Assembly (NCBI GenBank): GCA_963771275.1
Contig: CAVYSW010000003.1
Span: 1,280,001 to 1,344,000 of the forward strand
From: an uncultured Gemmatimonadales bacterium
Lineage (GTDB): Bacteria; Gemmatimonadota; Gemmatimonadetes; Gemmatimonadales; GWC2-71-9
Direction: 5' to 3'
DNA length: 64,000 nucleotides
Below, one piece after another: positions 40,172 to 49,811 of the stretch. The translations under genes were made by a program, and so were the position numbers. The notes under the pieces are model-generated. The model did not search any database and was not told the DNA's origin. It saw nothing but the letters and a program-made list of their open reading frames with translations. Each line of letters starts with the position of its first letter. Position 1 is the stretch's first letter.

Positions 40172-41437
40172 TCAGACGGGTCGCACGCAGCGGAACTTGG
40201 CAAACACATAGGGATAGTGCGGCTGGAACCAGTTGCGGAACGTGCGCCGCACCAGCGCGCGATCGGTCGCCCAGGACGCGCCGAGGATCACGTAGTGCTC
40301 GTCGTCGAAGAAGTCGGCGGAGTAGCCCGGGTAGGTGCGCGCCCACGGCGTGAACCCGGGGAACGGCGCGAACACGCTGCGGGTCCACTCCCAGCCGTTC
40401 CCCACGAGGTCCCGCACGCCGTGCCGGCTCGCGCCCCGCGCGTTGCGGCCGGCGGGCTCCGGCGCCCATTGCTGGAAATGGTAGTTGCCGGTGGCCGGGT
40501 CGCCCCAGCGCACGCCCTCCGCGGCGCGATGGAACTGCGCCTCGGTCGGGAGCGTCGCGTCCTGCCAGCGCGCATAGGCGTCCGCCTCCGCCCAGCTCAC
40601 GTAGACCGGCCAGTCGCGTACCGCGTCGAGCGGCAGCTCGTCGAACAGCGTGAGTTAACGCCATTGGCCGTCAGTCCGCCGCCAGAACACGGGATGGCGG
40701 TGCGCGGCTCGTTGGCGCCAGGCCCAGCCCTCGGGCGTCCACAGGTCGGCCTGCTCGTAGCCACCCGCCTCGAGAAAGGCGAGCCATTCGCCGTTCCGCA
40801 CCGGCGTCGTGTCGATGGTGAACGGCGCGACGTCCTCCTCGGCACCGGGGAACTCGTTGTCCCAACCGAACGGCACCGCGTCGAACGCCGTGCCGAGCCG
40901 CACCCGCCCGCCGGGCACCGCCACGTGGCCGGGCGCCGCGGCGCCCTGGAAGTGGTACGCGGGCAGATCGTCGGGCCTGCGGAGATGCCGCCGATCGAGC
41001 TGCTGCATCATGTACAGCAGGGTCTCGTGATGCATCACCTCGTGCTCGAGCACGAGGTGGTACACGCGCCCGTGATCGGCCAGCGGATCGTGGCCGACGA
41101 GGCGCTCGACGTCGCCGAACGAGGCGCGCAGCGCCGCGCGCACGCGATCGCGGTAGGCGAGCGTCTCGGCCACCCCGGGCCACTGCTCCGCGCCCCGGTA
41201 GTGGTCGACCCCGACGGGATCGATGCCCCGCGCGAACAGGCGATCGAGCCCGGGCTGGGGGCCCTCCCGCTCGAGCAGCCCGCCGATCGCCTGATTCCAG
41301 CCGAAGGCCGGCAGGTGGCCGACGTAGAAGATGAACGGCTGGCGCAGCGCGATCGGCCGCTCATACAGGGCCGCGGGATCGAGCAGCGCGAACAGGCGAT
41401 CCGACCGGCGCCAGGCGGCCTCGAGCCGCGCGAGCAG
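40172..41437 (-). pseudogene. EgtB/OvoA-like non-heme iron sulfoxide synthase (DinB_2 + FGE-sulfatase) with an in-frame TAA and no canonical start
   Basis: RPIALRQPFIFYVGHLPAF, EHEVMHHET (HxxxHxE), FGWDNE, GNGWEWT, RNWFQ all in one frame; TAA at 40657-40655. Confidence 0.8.
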
Positions 41438-41452
41438 TGTGGACCGGTGGGC

Positions 41453-41488
41453 TTGACCGGGCGATAGTGTGTTACTACGTTAGTAACA
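41453..41488 (+). promoter_or_regulatory. Rrf2 gene promoter with palindromic operator
   Basis: TTGACC-N17-TACGTT; TGTTACTA-CGT-TAGTAACA at 41470-41488. Confidence 0.75.
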
Positions 41489-41490
41489 TT

Positions 41491-41958
41491 ATGACGAGCA
41501 GCCGGTTCGTGGTGGCGGTGCACATGCTCACCCTGCTGGAGCGCGAGCAGGGGCGGCCGGTGACCTCGGCGTACATCGCCGTGAGCGTGCATACCAATCC
41601 GGGGGTGGTGCGGCGGCTGCTTGCGCAGCTCGGCCGGGCCGGGCTGGTGAAGGCGCGGCTCGGGGCCGGGGGCGGCACGGTGCTGGCCAGGCCGGCGGGC
41701 CGGATTCGCCTCCTCGAGGTGTACCGCGCCGTCGAATCCGGCGGGCTGTTCGCGATGCACCGCTCGCCGCCGGACCAGCGCTGCCCGGTGGGCCGGCATA
41801 TCCAGGCGACGCTCACCCAGGTGATCGGCCGGGCGGAGCGGGCGCTCGAGCGCGAGCTCGGCGACGTCACGCTGGCCGAGGTGGCGCGCTCGGTCGCGGC
41901 GCGCGCGCGCCGGCTCGCGGCGACGGCGGTGGAAGCGGGGGCCCCGGCGCGGGTGTAG
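41491..41958 (+). CDS. Rrf2 family transcriptional regulator (single-Cys YwnA/SifR-like type)
   Basis: SSRFVVAVHML, TSAYIAVSVHTNPGVVRRLL, LLEVYRAV, CPVG; lacks the three-Cys Fe-S ligand set. Confidence 0.9.
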   Translation: MTSSRFVVAVHMLTLLEREQGRPVTSAYIAVSVHTNPGVVRRLLAQLGRAGLVKARLGAGGGTVLARPAGRIRLLEVYRAVESGGLFAMHRSPPDQRCPVGRHIQATLTQVIGRAERALERELGDVTLAEVARSVAARARRLAATAVEAGAPARV

Positions 41959-41978
41959 GAACTTTTTTTCGGCTGAAG

Positions 41979-41997
41979 TGTTACTGTGATGGTAACA
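41979..41997 (+). promoter_or_regulatory. Second Rrf2-type operator upstream of the YceI gene
   Basis: TGTTAC-N7-GTAACA, the same spacing as the site at 41470. Confidence 0.7.
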
Positions 41998-42023
41998 GAT
42001 AAACGCGGCATCTCTCGGAGGCT

Positions 42024-42569
42024 ATGACGATGACGACGACATGGGCACTCGATCAGGCGCACACGGGCATCGAGTTCAGCGTGCGGCACCTGGGGATCGC
42101 GACGGTGCGCGGTCGGTTCGGGCTACAATCGGGGACGGTGGATCTGGAGGACGACGGCGGGCTACGCGGGATCGCGGCGACGATCGACGCCGTGAGCGTG
42201 GACACCGGCGTGGAGCAGCGCGACGCGCACCTCCGCTCGCCGGATTTCCTCGATGCGGCGGCGTACCCCACCATGACGTTCCGCTCGACGGCGGTGCGGC
42301 GCCGCAGGGACGACGGCTACGACGTGGAGGGCGACCTCACGCTCCACGGCCAGACGCACCCCGTCCGCCTCGCGGTCGACGTGACGCCGCACGTCACCGA
42401 TCCATGGGGCAACCAGCGGGTGGCCGCGTCGGCCACGGGCAAGCTCGACCGCCGGCAGTGGGGGCTCACGTGGAATCAGGCGCTGGAGTTCGGCGGCGTC
42501 GTGGTGAGCGACGAAGTACGCTTCACGCTCGACGTGCAGGCGGTGGCGCCGCAGCCGGTGGCGGCGTGA
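42024..42569 (+). CDS. YceI family polyisoprenoid/quinone-binding protein
   Basis: WALDQAHT.IEFSVRHL, RDAHLRSPDFLD, GDLTLHG, DPWGNQR, DRRQWGLTWN. Confidence 0.92.
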   Translation: MTMTTTWALDQAHTGIEFSVRHLGIATVRGRFGLQSGTVDLEDDGGLRGIAATIDAVSVDTGVEQRDAHLRSPDFLDAAAYPTMTFRSTAVRRRRDDGYDVEGDLTLHGQTHPVRLAVDVTPHVTDPWGNQRVAASATGKLDRRQWGLTWNQALEFGGVVVSDEVRFTLDVQAVAPQPVAA

Positions 42570-42966
42570 GCGGGCCGGCCGAGCCGGAGTGCGGCGGGGT
42601 GACGCCCTTGCGGGCGAGGATCACCTGCAGCAGGCGGCGGTCCCGAGCGTTGACGCAGGGGCGGTCGCAGGCCGCCCACTCCTCCAGCCGCCGGCACAAG
42701 CGGTTGCACTCGGGAGCGTCATAGAGGTCGTCCACCGCGTCCCCCCTGGGCGCGTCCGCCAGGCACGACCTCAGCCGATGCGTGAGCACGGAGACACTGG
42801 AGCCGCAGCCGTGCTCGAACACGAGCAGGTTGGCCTCCGGGGCATGCGGAGCGACCTGCAGCCCGACGACCCGGAGGCGCGGGTCATCGAGGAAACGCTC
42901 CGGCGTCAGCCAGCGCTGGCCGCAGGCGCCGCACGCGCGGAACGCGCGTGGGGACTGGTGCGTCAC
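42523..42966 (-). CDS. Small Cys-rich, probably metal-binding protein
   Basis: CGACGQRW, FEHGCGS, C..LC, CDRPCVNA; GTG start at 42966 inferred. Confidence 0.55.
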   Translation of the reverse strand: MTHQSPRAFRACGACGQRWLTPERFLDDPRLRVVGLQVAPHAPEANLLVFEHGCGSSVSVLTHRLRSCLADAPRGDAVDDLYDAPECNRLCRRLEEWAACDRPCVNARDRRLLQVILARKGVTPPHSGSAGPLTPPPAAAPPPARRA

Positions 42967-43007
42967 TCGGGCGGGGTGCGCACCCGGTAAACCACGAGGC
43001 GCTCCAC

Positions 43008-43269
43008 CCTCGCCGGGGCCGCCACCGGGCTTTCCCATGAGCCGCACGAACCGGCCGGCGGAGTCGAACACGGCGATACGCTTGGCCGATGTGTCCAGCA
43101 CGTACAGGTTGCCCCGGGCATCCGCGCCCACGACCCCGCCCTGCAGCTCGTAGAACGACTGCTCGCCAGCGTCCGTGTCGCCGAGGGCGAACAGGGAATC
43201 GAACCGCCAATCGAGCGGGACGTCCGGGCCGGCGTAGGTGGCGATCTCCACGCCGGCGGAATCCACCAT
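43008..43269 (-). pseudogene. Fragment of a 6-bladed beta-propeller (NHL-like) protein
   Basis: DSAGVEI...GNLYVLD....IAVFDSAGRFVRLMGKPGGGPGE, then similarity stops. Confidence 0.5.
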
Positions 43270-43298
43270 GCCGCGGCGGACTTCATGCCCTCCTCGTC

Positions 43299-43778
43299 CT
43301 ACATCTTCGCCGAATCGGGGAGCGGCATCGTGCTCGCACCGATGTCCGCCGCGGCCTTCCACGCCCCGTTCACCTTCTGCCAGACCGTGACGTAGTTGCC
43401 GGTGTCCTGCTTGCCCTCGTTCGTCATGGTCCACGAGCCGATCTCGTAGGCCAGGTCGCCCGAGCCGGCGACCACGACCTTCTTCGTGGTCCAGCTGACT
43501 ACGGCGTTCGGCATCTTCGCCGCCTGGGCCTCTGCCGCCGCCTGGACCCCCGCCGGCCCCATCATGGGCTCCGCGTTCTGCGGGAACGACATGCCGTCCG
43601 GCGCGAAGCTGGCCGCTGCCGCGGCCCAGTCATGCGCCTGAACCGCCTTCATCCAGGTGGCCGACGCGTTGCGAATGGCCTGCTCCTCCGCCGCGACGTC
43701 CGTGGTCGGTGGCTTGGCGCAAGCGGCAAGCGCGACCAGGGCGACGGCGGCGAGCATGTCACGGGTGTGGCGGATCAT
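43299..43778 (-). CDS. DUF4440/SnoaL-like (NTF2-fold) lipoprotein
   Basis: LAAC lipobox; EQAIR; SGDLAYEIG; GNYVTVWQK..G.WK. Confidence 0.85.
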   Translation of the reverse strand: MIRHTRDMLAAVALVALAACAKPPTTDVAAEEQAIRNASATWMKAVQAHDWAAAAASFAPDGMSFPQNAEPMMGPAGVQAAAEAQAAKMPNAVVSWTTKKVVVAGSGDLAYEIGSWTMTNEGKQDTGNYVTVWQKVNGAWKAAADIGASTMPLPDSAKM

Positions 43779-43851
43779 CACGACCTCCGGTACGGGGGAT
43801 CCCATAAGGGGCCTCGCCGGAACTGCGCTGTCAAGCGCCGCGCGGCGCGAC

Positions 43852-44175
43852 TCAATGCTGCCACACGGCGAATCCCTGCTGGCGCAGCTCTTCGGCGAGG
43901 AACTCCTCTTCCTCCACCGCGTCCCGGTAGGGCATGGGGTTGTAGGGTTCGTACAGCTCGGGGAGCAGATGCAGGCCGTACTTGCGAACGTAGCGGTTCG
44001 CCTTGTAGCCCCGCTTGTGCTGCGCGAAGCGCCTCTCGGGCGACAGCCCCGTGCTGCCCACGTAGACGCACGGCTTGAGCGGGTGGCGCTGCGGGTTGGC
44101 GTCGCGGAACCTGCGTTCGTTGAGCACCGCGTCGTCGAGCTTGATGACGTAGACGTTGTGGTGGCGCTTGGGCAC
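43852..44175 (-). CDS. Stand-alone GIY-YIG-like nuclease domain protein
   Basis: VYVI...CVYVGSTG...ERRFAQH and a conserved Glu-containing helix. Confidence 0.65.
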   Translation of the reverse strand: MPKRHHNVYVIKLDDAVLNERRFRDANPQRHPLKPCVYVGSTGLSPERRFAQHKRGYKANRYVRKYGLHLLPELYEPYNPMPYRDAVEEEEFLAEELRQQGFAVWQH

Positions 44176-44184
44176 GGCCGCTCC

Positions 44185-44502
44185 CTACAGCTGCACGTCA
44201 CCCCCAGGGTCGCGCTCCCTGAGCCGCTCGAGCGTTTCGGCTCCCTCCTGCACCCGGCGCTGCGTCTCCGCGTGATCAGGTTGCGCCGAGCGCCAGTCCG
44301 GCCGGCCGGTCGCATCGAGCGGCACGCGGATCACCAGCCCCTCGGTCCACGCGTGGCCGGCCGGCAACCGGTCGAGCGGCAGCGTGATCCCGCCGCCCCG
44401 GTCGTCGGCCAGCAGCGCGACCGCGCCCTCGATCCGATCGATCACGACGGTGAGCAGGCGCGGGGTGCCGCGCCCCTCAGCGGACGGTGTCTTGTCGGGC
44501 AT
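44185..44502 (-). CDS. DUF3006 family protein
   Basis: VVIDRIEGAVALL...LP...LP...EG.VI; follows the ComEC-like MBL gene. Confidence 0.75.
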   Translation of the reverse strand: MPDKTPSAEGRGTPRLLTVVIDRIEGAVALLADDRGGGITLPLDRLPAGHAWTEGLVIRVPLDATGRPDWRSAQPDHAETQRRVQEGAETLERLRERDPGGDVQL

Positions 44503-45325
44503 GCTGGGTCTCCACGTCGTAGCTCCCGTCGGCGCGACCCGCGATCGTGATCGAGCCGTCCCGGTCGGTGCGGTAGATCGTCGCTCCGAGGGCGGAATAG
44601 TAGCGCAGCGCTCGCGGGTTCGGGTGTCCATAGGGATTGTCCGCCCCCACCGAAATCACCACGACGCTTGGGCGCGTGCGGGCGATCCATCCGGGTGTCA
44701 CCCCGTTGCGCGCCCCGTGATGGGCCGCCTTGAGCACGGTCACCCGGGGGAGGTCGAGCGTGAGAAAGTAGCGCAGCTCGTCCAGCTCAGCGTCGCCGGT
44801 GAGCAGCGCCCGGAAGGCGCCGAACGCGAGCAGGACCCCCACCGACCGGTCGTTCTGGCTCGCCCCCGCCGGCCACGGCGGCAGCACGCGGAGCGGCACG
44901 GAGCCCAGCGCGATGGTGCGGGCCAGGGGCGCGAGGTACGTGATGCCGAGGGAATCGACCGCGTGCATCAGCCCGCGGTACGTCGTGGTGGTGTGCGGCG
45001 TCCCGTTGTCCAGGAACGTCCGGGTCGGGATCGTCCGAAGCACCTGCTCCATGCCGCCGATATGGTCGGCGTCCGCATGGGACGCGATCACCAAGTCCAG
45101 CGTGTCGATCCCGAAGCGCGCCAGCCGATCGGCCACGTCTGCGCTGGCGGGGCCGGCGTCGATCAGCGCGGTCTTCCCTTCGGGCGAGATCACCAGCGCC
45201 GCGTCGCCCTGGCCGACGTCGAGGAACACGATGCGGACCCGCGCGGAGTCCTGGGCCCACGCCGGCTGCGCGGCGAAAACGAGCAGGGCCAGCCGGGCGG
45301 CGGCGACGAAACGGTGCAGGTCCAT
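44477..45325 (-). CDS. Secreted ComEC/Rec2-type metallo-beta-lactamase-fold nuclease
   Basis: Signal peptide; FLDVGQGDA, SHADADHIGG, NDRSV, LTGDAE, KAAHHG, NPYGHP, RTDRDG. Confidence 0.9.
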   Translation of the reverse strand: MDLHRFVAAARLALLVFAAQPAWAQDSARVRIVFLDVGQGDAALVISPEGKTALIDAGPASADVADRLARFGIDTLDLVIASHADADHIGGMEQVLRTIPTRTFLDNGTPHTTTTYRGLMHAVDSLGITYLAPLARTIALGSVPLRVLPPWPAGASQNDRSVGVLLAFGAFRALLTGDAELDELRYFLTLDLPRVTVLKAAHHGARNGVTPGWIARTRPSVVVISVGADNPYGHPNPRALRYYSALGATIYRTDRDGSITIAGRADGSYDVETQHARQDTVR

Positions 45326-45606
45326 CGTCCAAGTGTGGCGATCTTCATGCGGACACGCCACGGTGGAGCGCCAGCGGCTCCGGCGGGCTTCATCTCGACC
45401 GGCGTGGTCCCGATTCCCGTTCCTCCCCGCTCACGTGCCGCAACCGGGCGCCGTGAGGCGGGCGTTGCGCGGTGTGGTACCGACCCGGATGTTGCATGCA
45501 GATCGCCGATCGCGGCGGTTGGCAAACGTGTCTGTCCTCAGGAGGTTTGTGCATCCCGGATGGCGACGGGGTTCCGCCACCAGTCCGCAATCCATGGGGG
45601 TGTCGC

Positions 45607-46935
45607 ATGTGCAGCACATCCCGTCTGAACGTGATGCTCACGGTTTCGATGTTGGTAGTGGGCGCGTGCTCGTCCGAGGGACCGGACGGAGGTGGCAACC
45701 CGGTCACGATCCCCGCGAACGCGATGGACTACGTCGTGTTCGCCTGGAACGACCTCGGCATGCACTGTCTCAATCCGACGTACACCCAGGCGGTGATTCT
45801 GCCGCCCTACAACACGGTGTGGGCACAGGTGATCCGGCGCGGCAACCCGCCGCAGATCGTGACGCAGGGCATCGCCGTCGAGTATCGCATCGTCGACAAC
45901 ACGTTTTCGTACGGGAAGACCGATGCGCACGGGGGCGTCTTTGCCCAGTTCTGGGACAACAGCCAGGCGCTGTTCGGCGCGGCGCTGGCGCACGACCAGG
46001 GTCTGAACCTCGAGGATCCGGCGATTCACAACGGACTCTCGGGAACCATGGTCCTGAAGGGCGATCACTTCCAGGTGAACGGCATCCCGATCGTGCCGGT
46101 GAGCGACGCGGGGGTGTGGAACCCGTACCAGGTGATCGAGGTGACGGTGAAGCAGGGCGGCACGGCGATCGCGCAGACGCGGGCGACCGTCCCGACGTCG
46201 GACGAGATCGACTGCGCCAAGTGCCACGGCGCCGCGGATCCGTTCGGCGACGTGCTGGCAAAGCACGATCAACGGCACGCGACCTCGCTCGCTTCCGGCA
46301 CGCCGGTGCTCTGCGCCAACGGAGCCTGCCACACGAGTCCCGCGCTCGGCCAGAGCGGCGAGGGCGCCGACGGCTACCTGTCGGCGGCGATCCACGGCGC
46401 GCACGCGAGCCGCGGGGCGGCGTGCATGGACTGCCATCCGGGGGCCGTGACGCGGTGCAGCCGGAGCGTGGCGCACACGGCGACGGACGGCAACTGCACG
46501 ACCTGCCACGGCGCGATGGATCAGGTGGCCTCCAGCATCGAGTCGGGTCGCGTGCCGTGGGTCACCGAGCCCAAGTGCCAGAACGGGAGCTGTCACGTGG
46601 GTGTCGAGGAGGTCGACACGCAGGCCACGCTGTACCGCAACGCCACGGGCCACCAGGGCCTGCGCTGCCCGGTCTGCCACGACAGCCCCCACGCGATGTA
46701 TCCCAGCCGGGAAGCCACCGACAACTACCAGCCGGTGCAGTATCAGACCACGGTGAAGACGATCGGCAGCTGCGCGGCGTGTCACGCGAGCTCGCGCGGC
46801 GCCGGGGCGGGGCAGGACTTCGCCGAAACGCACGGCGGGACGGGTGGCGAGCCGAACGCCTGCCGCGTGTGCCACACGGTGGTACCGGCCAACACGACCG
46901 GTTGGCCGCACGCGTACACGTGGCAGGCCCGCTGA
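45607..46935 (+). CDS. Multiheme cytochrome c lipoprotein (6 CxxCH + 2 CxxxxCH)
   Basis: VGAC lipobox; CAKCH, CMDCH, CTTCH, CPVCH, CAACH, CRVCH; CANGACH, CQNGSCH; N-terminal WNDLGMHC. Confidence 0.88.
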   Translation: MCSTSRLNVMLTVSMLVVGACSSEGPDGGGNPVTIPANAMDYVVFAWNDLGMHCLNPTYTQAVILPPYNTVWAQVIRRGNPPQIVTQGIAVEYRIVDNTFSYGKTDAHGGVFAQFWDNSQALFGAALAHDQGLNLEDPAIHNGLSGTMVLKGDHFQVNGIPIVPVSDAGVWNPYQVIEVTVKQGGTAIAQTRATVPTSDEIDCAKCHGAADPFGDVLAKHDQRHATSLASGTPVLCANGACHTSPALGQSGEGADGYLSAAIHGAHASRGAACMDCHPGAVTRCSRSVAHTATDGNCTTCHGAMDQVASSIESGRVPWVTEPKCQNGSCHVGVEEVDTQATLYRNATGHQGLRCPVCHDSPHAMYPSREATDNYQPVQYQTTVKTIGSCAACHASSRGAGAGQDFAETHGGTGGEPNACRVCHTVVPANTTGWPHAYTWQAR

Positions 46936-47077
46936 AGCTCGCGGCCAGCGCGCCGTTCCGGGCCCGTCTTCTCCGGGGAGCCGGCGACATGGCCGACGCT
47001 CCACCTCAGCCCTCCGCCCTGGCCGCCGTTCGTCCGGCCGCCTATCCTAGGGTCAGGCTCCCCACCGAGCGGGTCGC

Positions 47078-49690
47078 ATGGCCGACGTGATGGGTCGTTT
47101 GCAGGAGGCGCTCGCCGAGCGCTACACGATCGAGCGGGAGATCGGGCGGGGCGGGATGGCGACGGTCTATCTCGCGCGCGACCTGAAGCACGAGCGCCGC
47201 GTGGCGCTCAAGGTGTTCCATCCGGAGCTCGCCCAGGTGCTCGGCCCGGAGCGGTTTCTCCGCGAAGTGAAGGTCACCGCGCAGCTGCACCATCCCCACA
47301 TCCTGCCGCTGTACGACTCGGGCGTCGCGGACGGGCTGCTGTACTACGTGATGCCGTACGTCGAAGGCGAGTCGCTGCGCGACCGTCTGGCGCGCGAGAG
47401 GCAGCTGCCACTGGACGATGCGCTGCGGATCTCCCGCGAGGTGGCCGACGCGCTGTCCTACGCGCACAGCCACGATGTGATTCATCGGGACATCAAGCCG
47501 GAGAACATCCTGCTGGAGAGCGGCCACGCGGTGGTGGCGGACTTCGGGATCGCGCGGGCGATCACGGTGGCTGGGGGCACGCGGCTGACGGAGACGGGGT
47601 TGGCGCTGGGGACGCCGGCCTACATGAGCCCGGAGCAGGCGGCGGGCGAGCGGGAGCTCGACGGCCGGACCGACGTGTACAGCCTGGGGTGCGTCCTGTA
47701 CGAGATGTTGGCGGGCGCACCGCCGATCACGGGACCGAGCGTGGCGGCGGTGCTGGCGCGGAAGTCGGTGGACGCGCCGCCGGAGCTGCGGCGGGTGCGG
47801 AGCGCCGTGCCGGCGGCGGTCGAGCGGGCCGTGACGCGGGCGCTGTCGCTCGTGCCGGCGGATCGGCAGCGCACGGCGGCGGAGCTGGCCGAGCAGCTCG
47901 GGAGGGCGGCCGCGATGCCCGCAGCGGCGGAGCCGGCGGGCGCGCCGGCGGTCCCCAGGCGGCGCCGTGCGCCGGCGCTCGCCGTGATCGCGGCGCTTGC
48001 GGTCGTCGCGGCCGCGGTGGCGCTGTGGCGGGTGGTTCCCCGGGGTGGGGCCGCGGCCCCGGTCGCGAATCGGGTCGTGGTGCTGCCGTACGACAACCAG
48101 ACGGGCGACTCGACGCTCGATCCGATCGGGCGGATGGTCGCCGACTGGATTACCGAAGGGTTGGCACAGACCAGCGACGTGCAGGTCGTTCCGAACATGA
48201 TCGTGCTCCAGACGCTGGCCGGCATCAAGCCGCGACCCGGAGGGAGCGGGGAGAGGACGGCGGTCCAGGAGCTGGCCCGGCTCACCCAATCGGGTCTTGC
48301 CGTGACCGGGTCATACTACCGGCACGGGGACAGGCTGGAGTTCCACTCGGAGGTCCTCGACGTGAGGTCGAGCACCCCCCTGGGGGTCATCGAGCCGGTG
48401 CTCGGCCGCATGGAAAACCCCACGGCGGCGATCGATTCGTTGCGTCTCAGGGTGATGGGGGTGCTGGCGGCCCGACTCAACTCGGCCGGCTGGGAAATCC
48501 CCGCTTCGGTCCAACCGCCGTCCTACGACACCTATCGCGCGTACGCCGAGGGGATGAGCCGTTGGATCGGGGGGAACTACTTGGAAGCGGGTGTCCTGTT
48601 CGAGCGCGCGTTCGCGCTCGATTCGACCTACCTACGGGCGTTGATTCTCGCTTCAGCGGCGTACGGCAACGCCGGTAACCGCGCCCGGTCCGACTCGCTG
48701 CTCGAATTCCTCGTCTTGCGGCGTGATCGGCTGTCGCCGTACGACCAGTACCGGCTCGATTTTGGGCTGGCAGAACTCCGCGGTGATCGTGAGGCCCAGC
48801 TCGCGGCCGCGCGGGCCGCGGTGCGACTCGTCCCGATTGGCACCGCGCGGTTCGCGCTCATCGTGTCCCTCAGGGCGGTCAACCGACCACGGGAGGCGCT
48901 CGCCGAGTACGACGATCTGCTACGACACGGTATGCCCGAGAGCGGGGCGGCGTGGTACGTCGTCTGGGGAGGCAGAACTGAGTTGTACCACATCCTGGGC
49001 CAGCACAAGAAGGAGCTGGAGGTGGCGCGGGCAGGTCGCGCGCGGCTCTCCGGCTCGCTGCCTGTCCTGCTGTACGAAGGCCGCGCGCTCGCGGCGTTGG
49101 GACGGATGGATGAGCTACGCGCGCTGAGCGACGAGATCCTGGCGCAGCGTGTGCGGCCGGGACTCACACCCGGCGACGTCCTGCTGACACTCGCAGAGGA
49201 GTTGCGTGCGCACGGGCATGCTGCGGAAGCCGCAGAGGTCGCCGACCGGGCGCTCGCCTGGTATGACGCGCAACCTCCCGCCGTCCTCGCACGTGGCTGG
49301 CGCCGAGACCTCGAGGCCTCGCTGCTGTACCTGCGCGAGCGGTGGGCCGACGCCGCGGCACAATGGGATTCGATCCCGTCCGACTCGACCAACGTCGTTA
49401 CTCGTCTCGGTACCCGCGGTGTGCTGGCGGTGCGCCTCGGTCAGCCGGACTCGGCGCGCACGATCGCCGCGGAGCTCGCGCGGCTCGACCGGCCGCGCCT
49501 GAACGGCCAGCACACGCTGTGGCGCGCCAGAATCGCCGCCGTGCTGGGCGAGAAGGACAATGCGGTGGCGCTGCTGCGCCAGGCGTTCGCCGAGGGCGTG
49601 GCCTACGGCATCTGGCTGCACACCGACATGGACCTCGAGTCGCTGCGCGACTACAAGCCGTACCGGGAGCTGGTGCGGCCGAAAGGGTAG
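47078..49690 (+). CDS. Membrane Hanks-type Ser/Thr kinase with TolB-N-like and TPR-like ectodomain
   Basis: GRGGMATVY, HRDIKPEN, DFG, GTPAYMSPEQ; TM; VVVLPYDNQTGD. Confidence 0.92.
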   Translation: MADVMGRLQEALAERYTIEREIGRGGMATVYLARDLKHERRVALKVFHPELAQVLGPERFLREVKVTAQLHHPHILPLYDSGVADGLLYYVMPYVEGESLRDRLARERQLPLDDALRISREVADALSYAHSHDVIHRDIKPENILLESGHAVVADFGIARAITVAGGTRLTETGLALGTPAYMSPEQAAGERELDGRTDVYSLGCVLYEMLAGAPPITGPSVAAVLARKSVDAPPELRRVRSAVPAAVERAVTRALSLVPADRQRTAAELAEQLGRAAAMPAAAEPAGAPAVPRRRRAPALAVIAALAVVAAAVALWRVVPRGGAAAPVANRVVVLPYDNQTGDSTLDPIGRMVADWITEGLAQTSDVQVVPNMIVLQTLAGIKPRPGGSGERTAVQELARLTQSGLAVTGSYYRHGDRLEFHSEVLDVRSSTPLGVIEPVLGRMENPTAAIDSLRLRVMGVLAARLNSAGWEIPASVQPPSYDTYRAYAEGMSRWIGGNYLEAGVLFERAFALDSTYLRALILASAAYGNAGNRARSDSLLEFLVLRRDRLSPYDQYRLDFGLAELRGDREAQLAAARAAVRLVPIGTARFALIVSLRAVNRPREALAEYDDLLRHGMPESGAAWYVVWGGRTELYHILGQHKKELEVARAGRARLSGSLPVLLYEGRALAALGRMDELRALSDEILAQRVRPGLTPGDVLLTLAEELRAHGHAAEAAEVADRALAWYDAQPPAVLARGWRRDLEASLLYLRERWADAAAQWDSIPSDSTNVVTRLGTRGVLAVRLGQPDSARTIAAELARLDRPRLNGQHTLWRARIAAVLGEKDNAVALLRQAFAEGVAYGIWLHTDMDLESLRDYKPYRELVRPKG

Positions 49691-49811
49691 GTGCTTGGCC
49701 CTCGGCCGTGGCTAGCCGAGCATTCCACTCGCAATTGAGACGTGGCCGTTCGCTGGCCGACGCTCACTCACCGACCTATTGTAGAAGCACCCTCACCTGG
49801 GTTTCGGCTCC

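Noticed and set aside
40655..40657. Selenocysteine or pyrrolysine recoding in the EgtB-like gene
   Set aside because: The stop is TAA, not TGA or TAG, and lies at a non-catalytic position
45515..45580. Possible cyclic-dinucleotide (GEMM-I) riboswitch upstream of the multiheme cytochrome (GGCAAAC...CGGGGTTCCG)
   Set aside because: Lacks the GNRA-capped stem and the downstream GCAAA/receptor elements; an Infernal scan would settle it
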